Assembly: GCA_964016885.1 (NCBI GenBank)
Contig: OZ024741.1
Coordinates: 258,230,001-258,294,000, forward strand
DNA: 64,000 bases
Origin: Eledone cirrhosa
Lineage: Eukaryota
Reading direction: 5' to 3'
Within the stretch, counting starts at the first letter, position 1. The number at the start of each line of letters is the position of its first letter. The notes beneath the pieces are model-generated. The model made no database searches, was not told the DNA's origin, and was given only the letters and a program-made list of their open reading frames with translations. Of this stretch, positions 12,401 through 27,800 are shown piece after piece. Made by a program: the position numbers and the translations under genes.

Positions 12401-15400
12401 TTTTGACTTACGGGTGTTTTGACATACGAGTGTTTCGATACGAGTGTTCTGACTTACGAGTGTTTCCGCTTACGAGTGCTTCGACTTACGCGTGTTTCGA
12501 CTTACGAGTGTTTCGACTTACGGGTGCTTCGACTTACGCGTGTTTCGACTTACGAGTGTTTCGACTTACGAGTGTTTTGGCTTACGAATGTTTTGACTTA
12601 CGGGTGTTTCGACTTACGGGTGTTTCGGCTTACGAGTGTTTCGACTTACGAGTGTTCTGACTTACGAGTGTTCTGACTTATGAGTGTTCCGACTTACGAG
12701 TGTTCCGACTTACGAGTGTTTCGGCTTACGAGTGTTTCGGCTTACGAGTGTTTCGGCTTACGAGTGTTTTGACTTACGAGTGTTCTGACTACGAGTGTTC
12801 TGACTTACGGGTGTTCTGACTTACGAGTGTTCCGACTTACGAGTGTTTCGGCTTATGAGTGTTTCGACTTACGGGCGTTTCGACGTACGGGTGTTTCGAC
12901 TTACGAGTGTTTTGACTTACGAGTGTTCTGACTTACGAGTGTTCTGACTTACGAGTGTTCCGACTTACGACTGTTTCGACTTACGAGTGTTTTGACTTAA
13001 GAGTATTCCGACTTACGAGTGTTTCGGCTTACGGGTGTTTCGACGTACGACTATTTTTGGCTTACGAGTGTTTCGACTTACGAGTGTTTTGAATTACGAT
13101 TGTTTCGGCTTACGAGTGTTTCGACTTACGAGTATTTCGACTTACGAGTGTTTTGACTTATGGGTGTTTTGACATACGAGTGTTTCGATACGAATGCTCT
13201 GACTTACGAGTGTTCTGACTTACGCGTGTTCTGACTTACGAGTGTTCTGACTTACGGGTGTTCTGACTTACGTGTGTTCCGACTTACGAGTGTTTCGGCT
13301 ATGGGTGTTTCGACTTTAGAGTGTTTCGACTTACGAATGTTTTGGCTTACGAGTGTTTCGGCTTACGAGTGTTTCGATTTACGAATGTTTTGACTTACGG
13401 TGTTTCGGCTTACGAGTTATTCGACATACGAGTGTTTCGACTTACGGGTGTTTCGACTTACGGGTGTTTCGACTTACGAGTGTTTCGATTTATGAGTGTT
13501 TCGACTTACGAGTGTTCTGACCTACGAGTGTTCTGACTTACGAGTGTTCCGACTTACGAGTGTTTCGGTTTACGAGTGTTTCGACACGAGTGTTTTGACT
13601 TACGGGGGTTTCGACTTACGGGTGTTTCGACTTACGAGTGTTTCGGCTTACGAGTGTTTCGACTTAAGGATGTTTCGACTTACGAGTGTTTCGACTTACG
13701 AGTGTTTCGGCTTACGTGAGTTTCGACTTAAGGGTGTTTTGACTTACGGGTGTTGTGAATTACGAGTGTTCCGATTTACGAGTGTTTTGACTTACGGTGT
13801 TTCGGCTTATGAGTTATTCGACTTACGAATGTTTTGACTTACGGGTGTTTCGGCTTGCGAGTGTTTCGACTTACGAGTGTTTCGGCTTATGAGTGTTTCG
13901 ACTTACTAATGTTTTTACTTACGAGTGTTTCGGCGTACGAGTGTTTTGACTTACGAATGTTTTGACTTACGGGTGTTTCGGCTTACGAGTCTTTCGACTT
14001 ACGAGTGTTTCGGCTGGCGAGTGTTTCGACTTACGAGTGTTTTGACTTAAGGGTGTTTCGACTTACGAGTGTTTCGACTTACGAGTGTTTCGACTTACGA
14101 GTGTTTCGGCTTACGAGTGTTTTGACTTAAGGGTGTTTCGACTTACGAGTGTTCTGACTACGAGTGTTCTGACTTACGGGTGTTCTGACTTACGAGCGTT
14201 CCGACTTACGAGTGTTTCGGCTTATGAGTGTTTCGACTTACGAGTGCTTCGACTTACGAGTGTTTCGGCTTACGGGTGTTTAGACTTACGAATGTTTTTA
14301 CTTACGAGTGTTTCGGCGTACGAGTGTTTCGACTTACGAGTGTATCGACTTACGGGTGTTTTGACTTACGGGTGTTTCGGCTTACGAGTGTTTTGACTTA
14401 AGGGTGTTTCGACTTACGAGTATTTTTGGCTTACGAGTGTTTCGACTTACGAGTGTTTTGACTTACGAGTGTTCTGATTTACGGATGTTTCGACATACGA
14501 GTGTTCAGATTTACGAGTGTTCCGACTTACGAGTGTTTCGGCTTACGAGTGTTTCGGCTTACGAGTGTTTCGACTTACGAGTGTTTCGACTTACGAGTGT
14601 TTCGACTTACGAGTGTTTCGACTTACGAGTGTTTTGACTTACGGTGTTTCGGCTTACGAGTGTTTCGACTTACGAGTGTTTTGACTTACTGGTGTTTTGA
14701 CATACGAGTGTTTCGATACGAGTGTTTCGACTTACGAGTGTTCTGACTTACGAGTGTTCTAACTTACGAGTGTTCTGACTTACGAGTGTTCTGACTTACG
14801 ATTGTTCCGACTTACGAGTGTTTCGGCTCACGAGTGTTTCGGCTTACGAGTGTTTCGACTTACGAAAATAACAAATAGACGCGGTTTCAAATCTCTATGC
14901 TTTTCAAATTCATTACATTAATCTTTATTCATACGTTTCGCTTTACGAGTGTTTCGACTTACGAGTGTTTCGACTTACGAGTGTTTTGACTTACATGTGT
15001 TTCGACTTACGCGTGTTTCGACTTACGAGTGTTTCGACTTACGAGTGTTTCGACTACGGGTGTTTCGACTTACGAATGTTTTGACTTACGGATGTTTTGA
15101 CTTACGGGTGTTTCGGCTTACGAGTGTTTCGACTTACGAGTGTTTCGACTTACGAGTGTTTTGACTTACGAGTGTTTTGACTTACGGTGTTTCGGCTTAC
15201 GAGTGTTTCGACTTACGAGTGTTTTGACTTACGAGTGTTCTGACTTACGAGTGTTCTGACTTACGAGTGTTCTGACTTACGAGTGTTCTGACATACGTGT
15301 GTTCTGACTTACGAGTGTTCCGATTTACGAGTGTTTCGCCATATGAGTGTTTCGACTTACGAATGTTTTTGCTTACGGGTGTTTCGACTTACGAATGTTT

Positions 15401-18400
15401 TTGCTTACGAGTGTTTCGGCTTACGAGTGTTTCGACTTACGAAAATAACAAATAGACGCGGTTTCAAATCTCTGCTTTTCAAATTCATTACATTAATCTT
15501 TATTTACACGTTTCGCTTTACGAGAGTTTCGACTTACGAGTGTTTCGACTTACGAGTGTTTCGACTTACGAGTGTTTCGACTTACGAGTGTTTCGACTTA
15601 CGAGTGTTCTGAATAACGAGTGTTCTGACTTACGAGTGTTTCGACTTACGAGTGTTCTGAATAACGAGTGTTCTGACTTACGAGTGTTCCGACTTACGAG
15701 TGTTTCGACTTACGAGTGTTTCGACTTACGAGTGTTTCGACTTACGAGTGTTTCGGCTTACGAGTGTTTTGACTTACGAGTGTTCTGACTACGAGTGTTC
15801 TGACTTACGAGTGTTTCGGCTTATGAGTGTTTCGACTTACGAGTGTTTCGGCTTATGAGTGTTTCGAGTTACGAGTGTTTCGGCTTACGAGTGTTTCGAC
15901 TTACGAGTGTTTCGACTTACGAGTGTTTCGGCTTACGAGTGTTTCGACATACGGGTGTTTCGACTTACGGTGTTTCGGCTTACGAGTGTTTCGACTTACG
16001 AGTGTTCTGACTTACGAGTGTTCTGACTTATGAGTGTTCTGACTTACGAGTGTTCTGACTTACGAGTGTTTCGACTTACGAGTGTTTCGACTTACGAGTG
16101 TTTTGACTTACTGGTGTTTTGACATACGAGTGTTTCGATACGAGTGTTTCGACTTACGATTGTTCTGACTTACGAGTGTTCTGACTTACGAGTGTTCTGA
16201 CTTACGAGTGTTTCGACTCACGAGTGTTTCGGCTTACGAGTGTTTCGACTTACGAAAATAACAAATAGACGCGGTTTCAAATCTCTATGCTTTTCAAATT
16301 CATTACATTAATCTTTATTTATACGTTTCGCTTTACGAGTGTTTCGGCTTACGAGTGTTTCGACTTACGAGTGTTTCGACTTACGAGTGTTTTGACTTAC
16401 TGGTGTTTTGACATACGAGTGTTTCGATACGAGTGTTTCGACTTACGAGTGTTCTGACATACGAGTGTTTCGACTTACGAGTGTTCTGACTTAGGAGTGT
16501 TCTGACTTACGAATGTTCCGACTTACGAGTGTTTCGACTTACGAGTGTTTTGACTTACGAGTGTTTCGACTTACGAGTGTTCTGACTACGAGTGTTCTGA
16601 CTTACGAGTGTTTCGGCTTATGAGTGTTTCGACTTACGAGTGTTTCGGCTTATGAGTGTTTCGACTTACGAGTGTTTCGGCTTACGAGTGTTTCGACTTA
16701 CGAGTGTTTCGACTTACGAGTGTTTCGACTTACGGGTGTTTCGACTTACGAGTGTTTCGACTACGAGTGTTTCGACTTACGAGTGTTTCGACTTACGAGT
16801 GTTTCGACATACGGGTGTTTCGACTTACGGTGTTTCGGCTTACGAGTGTTTCGATACGAGTGTTCTGACTTACGAGTGTTCTGACTTACTAGTGTTCTGA
16901 CTTACGAGTGTTCTGACTTACGAGTGTTCCGACTTTACGAGTGTTTCGGCTCACGAGTGTTTCGGCTTATGAGTGTTTCGACTTACGGGCGTTTCGACGT
17001 ACGGGTGTTTCGACTTACGAGTGTTTTGACTTACGAGTGTTCTGACTTACGAGTGTTCTGACTTACGAGTGTTCCGACTTACGACTGTTTCGACTTACGA
17101 GTGTTTTGACTTAAGAGTATTCCGACTTACGAGTGTTTCGGCTTACGGGTGTTTCGACGTACGACAATTTTTGGCTTACGAGTGTTTCGACTTACGAGTG
17201 TTTTGAATTACGATTGTTTCGGCTTACGAGTGTTTCGACTTACGAGTATTTCGACTTACGAGTGTTTTGACTTATGGGTGTTTTGACATACGAGTGTTTC
17301 GATACGAATGCTCTGACTTACGAGTGTTCTGACTTACGAGTGTTCTGACTTACGAGTGTTCTGACTTACGGGTGTTCTGACTTACGTGTGTTCCGACTTA
17401 CGAGTGTTTCGGCTATGGGTGTTTCGACTTACGAGTGTTTCGACTTACGAATGTTTTGGCTTACGAGTGTTTCGGCTTACGAGTGTTTCGACTTACGAAT
17501 GTTTTCACTTACGGTGTTTCGGCTTACGAGTTATTCGACATACGAGTGTTTCGACTTACGGGTGTTTCGACTTACGGGTGTTTCGACTTACGAGTGTTTC
17601 GATCTATGAGTGTTTCGACTTACGAGTGTTCTGACCTACGAGTGTTCTGACTTACGAGTGTTCCGACTTACGAGTGTTTCGGTTTACGAGTGTTTCGACA
17701 CACGAGTGTTTTGACTTACGGGGGTTTCGACTTACGGGTGTTTCGACTTACGAGTGTTTCGGCTTACGAGTGTTTCGACTTAAGGATGTTTCGACTTACG
17801 AGTGTTTCGACTTACGAGTGTTTCGGCTTACGTGAGTTTCGACTTAAGGGTGTTTTGACTTACGGGTGTTGTGAATTACGAGTGTTCCGATTTACGAGTG
17901 TTTTGACTTACGGTGTTTCGGCTTACGAGTTATTCGACTTACGAATGTTTTGACTTACGGGTGTTTCGGCTTGCGAGTGTTTCGACTTACGAGTGTTTCG
18001 GCTTATGAGTGTTTCGACTTACTAATGTTTTTACTTACGAGTGTTTCGGCGTACGAGTGTTTTGACTTACGAGTGTTTCGACTTACGAGTGTTTTGACTT
18101 ACGAATGTTTTGACTTACGGGTGTTTCGGCTTACGAGTCTTTCGACTTACGAGTGTTTCGGCTTACGAGTGTTTTGACTTAAGGGTGTTTCGACTTACGA
18201 GTGTTTCGATACGAGTGTTTCGACTTACGAGTGTTCTGACTTACGAATGTTCCGACTTACGAGTGTCTCGGCTTACGAGTGTTTCGGCTTACGAGTGTTT
18301 CGACTTACGAATGTTTTGACTTACGATTGTTTCGGCTTACGAGTGTTTCGACTTACGAGTGTTCTGACTACGAGTGTTCTGACTTACGGGTGTTCTGACT

Positions 18401-20000
18401 TACGAGTGTTCCGACTTACGAGTGTTTCGGCTTATGAGTGTTTCGACTTACGAGTGCTTCGACTTACGAGTGTTTCGGCTTACGGGTGTTTCGACTTACG
18501 AATGTTTTTGCTTACGAGTGTTTCGGCTTACGAGTGTTTCGGCTTATGAGTGTTTCGAATTACGAGTGTTTTGACTTACGGGTGTTTTGACATACGAGTG
18601 TTTCGATACGAGTGTTCTGACTTACGAGTGTTTCCGCTTACGAGTGTTTCGGCTTACGAGTGTTTCGACTTACTAATGTTTTTGCTTACGAGTGTTTCGG
18701 TGTACGAGTGTTTCGACTTAAGGATGTTTCGACTTACGAGTGTTTCGACTTACGAGCGTTTCGACTTACGAGTGTTTCGACTTACGAGTGTTTTGGCTTA
18801 CGAATGTTTTGACTTATGGGTGTTTCGGCTTACGAGTGTTTCGACTTACGAGTGTTTTGACTTACGAGTGTTCTGACTTACGAGTGTTCTGACATATGAG
18901 TGTTCCGACTTACGAGTGTTCCGACTTACGAGTGTTTCGGCTTACGAGTGTTTCGGCTTACGAGTGTTTCGGCTTACGAGTGTTTTGACTTACGAGTGTT
19001 CTGACTACGAGTGTTCTGACTTACGGGTGTTCTGACTTACGAGTGTTCCGACTTACGAGTGTTTCGGCTTATGAGTGTTTCGACTTACGGGCGTTTCGAC
19101 TTACGGGTGTTTCGACTTACGAGTGTTTTGACTTACGAGTGTTCTGACTTACGAGTGTTCTGACTTACGAGTGTTCCGACTTACGACTGTTTCGACATAC
19201 GAGTGTTTTGACTTACGAGGATTCCGACTTACGAGTGTTTCGGCTTACGGGTGTTTCGACGTACGAGTATTTTTGGCTTACGAGTGTTTCGACTTACGAG
19301 TGTTTTGAATTACGATTGTTTCGGCTTACGAGTATTTCGACTTACGAGTATTTCGACTTACGAGTGTTTTGACTTATGGGTGTTTTGACATACGAGTGTT
19401 TCGATACGAATGCTCTGACTTACGAGTGTTCTGACTTACGAGTGTTCTGACTTACGAGTGTTCTGACTTACGGGTGTTCTGACTTACGTGTGTTCCGACT
19501 TACGAGTGTTTCGGCTATGGGTGTTTCGACTTACGAGTGTTTCGACTTACGAATATTTTGGCTTACGAGTGTTTCGGCTTACGAGTGTTTCGACTTACGA
19601 ATGTTTTGGCTTACGAGTGTTTCGGCTTACGGGTGTTTCGACTTACGAGTGTTTCGACTTACGAGTGTTTTGACTTACGGTGTTTCGGCTTACGAGTTAT
19701 TCGACATACGAGTGTTTCGACACACGAGTGTTTTGACTTACGGGGGTTTCGACTTACGGGTGTTTCGACTTACGAGTGTTTCGGCTTACGAGTGTTTCGA
19801 CTTACTAATGTTTTTACTTACGAGTGTTTCGGTGTACGAGTGTTTCGACTTAAGGATGTTTCGACTTACGAGTGTTTCGACTTACGAGTGTTTCGGCTTA
19901 CGTGAGTTTCGACTTAAGGGTGTTTTGACTTACGGGTGTTGTGAATTACGAGTGTTCCGATTTACGAGTGTTTTGACTTACGGTGTTTCGTCTTACGAGT
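6500..20000 (+). repeat. Diverged 5.2-5.5 kb higher-order repeat with partial further copies
   Basis: Matching landmarks: 8901/14404, 9347/14866, 10002/15443, 10401/15827, 11423/16624. The GAATGCTCTGAC...GGCTATGGG block recurs at about 7830, 13190, 17305 and 19410. Confidence 0.8.
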
Positions 20001-21899
20001 TATTCGACTTACGAATGTTTTGACTTACGGGTGTTTTGGCTTGCGAGTGTTTCGACTTACGAGTGTTTCGGCTTACGAGTGTTTTGACTTACGAGTGTTT
20101 TGACTTACATGTGTTCGACTAACGCGTGTTTCGACTTACGAGTGTTTCGACTTGCGAGTGTTTCGACTACGGGTGTTTCGACTTACGAATGTTTTGACTT
20201 ACGGATGTTTTGACTTACGGGTGTTTCGGCTTACGAGTGTTTCGACTTACGAGTGTTTCGACTTACGAGTGTTTTGACTTACGATTGTTTTGACTTACGG
20301 TGTTTCGGCTTACGAGTGTTTCGACTTACGAGTGTTTTGACTTACGAGTGTTCTGACTTACGAGTGTTCTGACTTACGAGTGTTCTGACTTACGAGTGTT
20401 CTGACATACGTGTGTTCTGAGTTACGAGTGTTCCGATTTACGAGTGTTTCGGCATATGAGTGTTTCGACTTACGGATGTTTTTGCTTACGGGTGTTTCGA
20501 CTTACGAATGTTTTTGTTTACGAGTGTTTCGGCTTACGAGTGTTTCGACTTACGAAAATAACAAATAGACGCGGTTTCAAATCTCTATGCTTTTCAAATT
20601 CATTACATTAATCTTTATTTACACGTTTCGCTTTACGAGTGTTTCGACTTACGAGTGTTTCGACTTACGAGTGTTTCGACTTACGAGTGTTTCGACTTAC
20701 GAGTGTTTCGACTTACGAGTGTTTTGACTTACGGGTGTTCTGACTTACGAGTGTTCTGACTTACGAGTGTTTCGACTTACGAGTGTTCTGACTTACGAGT
20801 GTTCTGACTTACGAATGTTCCGACTTACGAGTGTTTCGACTTACGAGTGTTTCGACTTACGAGTGTTTCGACTTACGAGTGTTTCGGCTTACGAGTGTTT
20901 TGACTTACGAGTGTTCTGACTACGAGTGTTCTGACTTACGAGTGTTTCGGCTTATGAGTGTTTCGACTTACGAGTGTTTCGGCTTATGAGTGTTTCGTCT
21001 TACGAGTGTTTCGGCTTACGAGTGTTTCGACTTACGAGTGTTTCGACTTACGAGTGTTTCGACTTACGGGTGTTTCGACTTACGAGTGTTTCGACTACGA
21101 GTGTTTCGACTTACGAGTGTTTCGGCTTACGAGTGTTTCGACATACGGGTGTTTCGACTTACGGTGTTTCGGCTTACGAGTGTTTAGATACGAGTGTTCT
21201 GACTTACGAGTGTTCTGACTTACGAGTGTTCTGACTTACGAGTGTTCTGACTTACGAGTGTTCCGACTTTACGAGTGTTTCGGCTCACGAGTCTTTCGGC
21301 TTACGAGTGTTTCGACTTACGAATATAACAAATAGACGCGGTTTCAAATCTCTATGCTTTTCAAATTCGTTACATTAATCTTTATTTATACGTTTCGCTT
21401 TACGAGTGTTTCGACTTACGAGTGTTTCGACATACGAGTGTTTCGGCTTACGAGTGTTTTAATTTACGAGTGTTTTGAATTACGGGTGCTTCGACTTACG
21501 CGTGTTTCGACTTACGAGTGTTTCGACTTACGAGTGTTTCGACTTACGAGTGATTCGACTTACGAATGTTTTGACTTACGGGTGTTTCGGCTTGCGAGTG
21601 TTTCGGCTTATGAGTGTTTCGACTTACTAATGTTTTTACTTACGAGTGTTTCGGCGTACGAGTCTTTTGACTTACGAGTGTTTCGACTTACGAGTGTTTT
21701 GACTTACGAATGTTCTGACTTACGGGTGTTTCGGCTTACGAGTGTTTCGACTTAGGAGTGTTTCGGCTGGCGAGTGTTTCGACTTACGAGTGTTTTGACT
21801 TAAGGGTGTTTCGAATTACGAGTGTTTCGACTTACGAGTGTTCTGACTTACGATTGTTCTGACTTACGAGCGTTCTGACTTACGAGTGTTCTGACTTAC

Positions 21900-24800
21900 G
21901 AGTGTTTCGGCTTACGAGTGTTTCGGCTTACGAGTGTTTCGACTTACGAGTGTTTCGACTTACGAGTGTTCCGACTTACGGGTGTTTCGACTTACGAGTG
22001 TTTTGGCTTATAGTGTTTCGGCTTACGAGTGTTTCGAGTTAAGAGTGTTTTGACTTACGCGTGTTTTGACATACGAGTGTTCTGACTTACGAGTGTTCTG
22101 ACTTACGAGTGTTCTGACTTACGAGTGTTCTGACTTACGAGTGTTCCGACTTTACGAGTGTTTCGGCTCACGAGTGTTTCGGCTTACGAGTGTTTCAACT
22201 TACGAAAATAACAAATAGACGCGGTTTCAAATCTCTATGCTTTTGAAATTCATTACATTAATCTTTATTTATACGTTTCGCTTTACGAGTGTTTCGACTT
22301 ACGAGTGTTTCGACATACGAGTGTTTCGACTTACGAATGTTTTTGCATACGGGTGTTTCGACTTACGAATGTTTTTGCTTACGAGTGTTTCGGTTTACGA
22401 GTGTTCCGACTTACGAGTGTTTCGGCTTACGAGTGTTTCCGGCTTACGAGTGTTTCGACTTACGAGTGTTTCGACTTACGAGTGTTTTGACTTACGGTGT
22501 TTCGGCTTACGAGTGATTAGACTTACGAGTGTTTTGACTTACGGGTGTTTTGACTTACGGGTGTTGTGAATTACGAGTGTTCCGATTTACGAGTGTTTTG
22601 ACTTGCGGTGTTTCGGCTTACAAGTGATTCGACTTACGAATGTTTTGACTTACGGGTGTTTCGGCTTGCGAGTGTTTCGACTTACGAGTGTTTCGGCTTA
22701 TGAGTGTTTCGACTTACTAATGTTTTTACTTACGAGTGTTTCGGCGTACGAGTGTTTTGACTTACGAGTGTTTCGACTTACGAATGTTTTGACTTACGAA
22801 TGTTTTGACATACGGGTGTTTCGGCTTACGAGTGTTTCGACTTACGAGTGTTTTGATTTAAGGGTGTTTCGAGTTACGAGTGTTTTGACTTACGAGTGTT
22901 TCGACTTACGAGTGTTTCGGATTACGAGTGTTTTGACTTGAGGGTTTTCGACTTACGAGTGTTTCGATACGAGTGTTTCGACTTACGAGTGTTCTGACTT
23001 ACGAGTGTTCTGATTTACGGATGTTTCGACACACGAGTGTTTCGAATTACGAGTGTTTCGACTTACGAGTGTTTTGACTTACGGGTGTTTTGACATACGA
23101 GTGTTTCGATACGAGTGTTTCGACTTACGAGTGTTCTGACTTACGAGTGTTCTGACTTACGAGTGTTCTGACTTACGAGTGTTCTTACTTACGAGTGTTC
23201 CGACTTACGAGTGTTTCGGCTTACGAGTGTTTCGACTTACGACTGTTCCGACTTACAGGTGTTTCGACTTACGAGTGTTTTGGCTTACGGTGTTTCGGCT
23301 TACGAGTGTTTCGAGTAACGAGTGTTTTGACTTACGCGTGTTTTGACATACGAGTGTTTCGATACGAGTGTTCTGACTTACGAGTGTTCTGACTTACGAG
23401 TGTTCTGACTTACGAGTGTTCTGACTTACGAGTGTTTCGACTTACGAGTGTTCTGACTTACGAGTGTTCTGACTTACGAATGTTCCGACTTACGAGTGTT
23501 TCGACTTACGAGTGTTTAGACTTACGAGTGTTTCGACTTACGAGTGTTTCGGCTTACGAGTGTTTTGACTTACGAGTGTTCTGACTACGAGTGTTCTGAC
23601 TTACGAGTGTTTCGGCTTATGAGTGTTTCGACTTACGAGTGTTTCGGCTTATGAGTGTTTCGACTTACGAGTGTTTCGACTTACGAGTGTTTCGACTTAC
23701 GAGTGTTTCGACTTACGGGTGTTTCGACTTACGATTGTTTCGACTACGAGTGTTTCGACTTACGAGTGTTTCGGCTTACGAGTGTTTCGACATACGGGTG
23801 TTTCGACTTACGGTGTTTCAGCTTACGAGTGTTTCGATGCGAGTGTTCTGACTTACGAGTGTGCTGACTTACGAGTGTTCTGACTTACGAGTGTTCTGAA
23901 TTACGAGTGTTCCGACTTTACGAGTGTTTCGGCTCACGAGTGTTTCGGCTTACGAGTGTTTCGACTTACGAAAATAACAAATAGACGCGGTTTCAAATCT
24001 CTATGCTTTTCAAATTCATTACATTAATCTTTATTTATACGTTTCGCTTTACGAGTGTTTCGACTTACGAGTGTTTCGACATACGAGTGTTTCGGCTTAC
24101 GAGTGTTTTGACTTACGGGTGTTTCGACTTACGAGTGTTTGGGCTTACGGTGTTTCGGCTTACGAGTGTTTCGAATTACGAGTGTTTCGACTTACGAGTG
24201 TTTTGACTTACGGGTGTTTTGACATACGAGTGTTTCGATACGAGTGTTTCGACTTACGAGTGTTCTGACTTACGAGTGTTCTGACTTACGTGTGTTCTGA
24301 CTTACGAGTGTTCTGATTTACGAGTGTTCCGACTTTACGAGTGTTTCGGCTCACGAGTGTTTCGGCTTACGAGTGTTTCGACTTACAAAAATAACAAATA
24401 GACGCGGTTTCAAATCTCTATGCTTTTCAAATTCATTACATTAATCTTTATTTATACGTTTCGCTTTACGAGTGTTTCGACTTACGAGTGTTTCGACATA
24501 CGAGTGTTTCGGCTTACGAGTGTTTTGATTTACGAGTGTTTTGACTTACGGGTGCTTCGACTTACGCGTGTTTCGGCTTACGAGTGTTTCGACTTACGAG
24601 TGTTTCGACTTACGAGTGTTTCGGCTTACGAGTGTTTTGACTTACTAATGTTTTGACTTACGATTGTTTCGGCTTACGAGTGTTTCGACTTACGAGTGTT
24701 CTGACTACGAGTGTTCTGACTTACGGGTGTTCTGACTTACGAGTGTTCCGACTTACGAATGTTTCGGCTTATGAGTGTTTCGACTTACGAGTGCTTCGAC

Positions 24801-27800
24801 TTACGAGTGTTTCGGCTTACGGGTGTTTCGACTTACGAATGTTTTTGCTTACGAGTGTTTCGGCTTACGAGTGTTTCGGCTTATGAGTGTTTCGACTTAC
24901 GAGTGTTTTGACTTACGGGTGATTTGACATACGAGTGTTTCGATACGAGTGTTCTGACTTACGAGTGTTTCCGCTTACGAGTGTTTCGGCTTACGAGTGT
25001 TTCGACTTACTAATGTTTTTACTTACGAGTGTTTCGGTGTAAGAGTTTTTCGACTTAAGGATGTTTCGACTTACGAGTGTTTCGACTTACGAGTGTTTCG
25101 ACTTACGAGTGTTTCGGCTTACGAATGTTTTGACTTACGGGTGTTTCGACTTACGGGTGTTTCGGTTTAAGAGTATTTCGACTTACGAGTGTTTTGACTT
25201 ACGAGTGTTCTGATTTACGAGTGTTCTGACTTATGAGTGTTCCGACTTACGAGTGTTCCGACTTACGAGTGTTTCGGCTTACGAGTGTTTCGGCTTAAGA
25301 GTGTTTCGGCTTACGAGTGTTTTGACTTACGAGTGTTCTGACTACGAGTGTTCTGACTTACGGGTGTTCTGACTTACGAGTGTTCCGACTTACGAGTGTT
25401 TCGGCTTATGAGTGTTTCGACTTACGGGCGTTTCGACTTACGGGTGTTTCAACTTACGAGTGTTTTGACTTACGAGTGTTCTGACTTACGAGTGTTCTGA
25501 CTTACGAGTGTTCCGACTTACGACTGTTTCGACTTACGAGTGTTTTGACTTACGAGTGTTCCGACTTACGAGTGTTTCGGCTTACGGGTGTTTCGACGTA
25601 CGAGTATTTTTGGCTTACGAGTGTTTCGACTTACGAGTGTTTTGAATTACGATTGTTTCGGCTTACGAGTGTTTCGACTTACGAGTATTTCGACTTACGA
25701 GTGTTTTGACTTATGGGTGTTTTGACATACGAGTGTTTCGATACGAATGCTCTGACTTACGAGTGTTCTGACTTACGAGTGTTCTGACTTACGAGTGTTC
25801 TGACTTACGGGTGTTCTGACTTACGTGTGTTCCGACTTACGAGTGTTTCGGCTATGGGTGTTTCGACTTACGAGTGTTTCGACTTACGAATGTTTTGGCT
25901 TACGAATGTTTCGACTTACGAATGTTTTGGCTTACGAGTGTTTCGGCTTACGGGTGTTTCGACTTACGAGTGTTTCGACTTACGAGTGTTTTGACTTACG
26001 GTGTTTCGGCTTACGAGTTATTCGACACACGAGTGTTTCGATTTACGGGTGTTTCGACTTACGGGTGTTTCGACTTACGAGCGTTTCGACTTATGAGTGT
26101 TTCGACTTACGAGTGTTCTGACTTACGAGTGTTCTGACTTACGAGTGTTCCGACTTACGAGTGTTTAGGTTTACGAGTGTTTCGACACACGAGTGTTTTG
26201 ACTTACGGGTGTTTCGACTTACGGGTGTTTCGACTTACGAGTGTTTCGGCTTACGAGTGTTTCGACTTACTAATGTTTTTACTTACGAGTGTTTCGGTGT
26301 ACGAGTGTTTCGACAGAAGGATGTTTCGATTTACGAGTGTTTCGACTTACGAGTGTTTCGGCTTACGAGTGTTTCGCCTTATGGGTGTTTCGACTTACGA
26401 GTGTTTTTACTTACGGTGTTTCGGCTACGAGTGTTTCGACATACGAGTGTTTTGACTTACGGGTGTTTCGACTTACGAGTGTTTTGACTTACGAATGTTT
26501 TGACTTACGGGTGTTTCGGCTTACGAGTGTTTCGACTTACGAGTGTTTCGGCTTACGAGTGTTTCGACTTAATAATGTTTTTACTTACGAGTGTTTCGGC
26601 GTACGAGTGTTTCGACTTACGAGTGTTTCGACTTACGGGTGTTTTGACTTACGGGTGTTTCGGCTTACGAGTGTTTTGACTTAAGGGTGTTTCGACTTAC
26701 GAGTATTTTTGGCTTACGAGTGTTTCGACTTACGAGTGTTTTGACTTACGAGTGTTCTGATTTACGGATGTTTCGACATACGAGTGTTCAGATTTACGAG
26801 TGTTCCGACTTACGAGTGTTTCGGCTTACGAGTGTTTCGGCTTACGAGTGTTTCGACTTACGAGTGTTTCGACTTACGAGTGTTTCGACTTACGAGTGTT
26901 TCGACTTACGGTGTTTCGGCTTACGAGTGTTTCGACTTACGAGTGTTTTGACTTACTGGTGTTTTGACATACGAGTGTTTCGATACGACTGTTTCGACTT
27001 ACGAGTGTTCTGACTTACGAGTGTTCTAAGTTACGAGTGTTCTGACTTACGAGTGTTCTGACTTACGAGTGTTCTGACTTACGAGTGTTTCGGCTCACGA
27101 GTGTTTCGGCTTACGAGTGTTTCGACTTACGAAAATAACAAATAGACGCGGTTTCAAATCTCTATGCTTTTCAAATTCATTACATTAATCTTTATTTATA
27201 CGTTTCGCTTTACGAGTGTTTCGACTTACGAGTGTTTCGACTTACGAGTGTTTCGGCTTACGAGTGTTTTGACTTACGAGTGTTTTGACTTACATGTGTT
27301 TCGACTTACGCGTGTTTCGACTTACGAGTGTTTCGACTTACGAGTGTTTCGACTACGGGTGTTTCGACTTACGAATGTTTTGACTTACGGATGTTTTGAC
27401 TTACGGGTGTTTCGGCTTACGAGTGTTTCGACTTACGAGTGTTTCGACTTACGAGTGTTTTGACTTACGGTGTTTCGGCTTACGAGTGTTTCGACTTACG
27501 AGTGTTTTGACTTACGGGTGTTTTGACATACGAGTGTTTCGATACGAGTGTTCTGACTTACGAGTGTTCTGACTTACGAGTGTTCTGACTTACGAGTGTT
27601 CTGACTTACGAGTGTTCTGACATACGTGTGTTCTGACTTACGAGTGTTCCGATTTACGAGTGTTTCGGCATATGAGTGTTTCGACTTACGAATGTTTTTG
27701 CTTACGGGTGTTTCGACTTACGAATGTTTTTGCTTACGAGTGTTTCGGCTTACGAGTGTTTCGACTTACGAAAATAACAAATAGACGCGGTTTCAAATCT

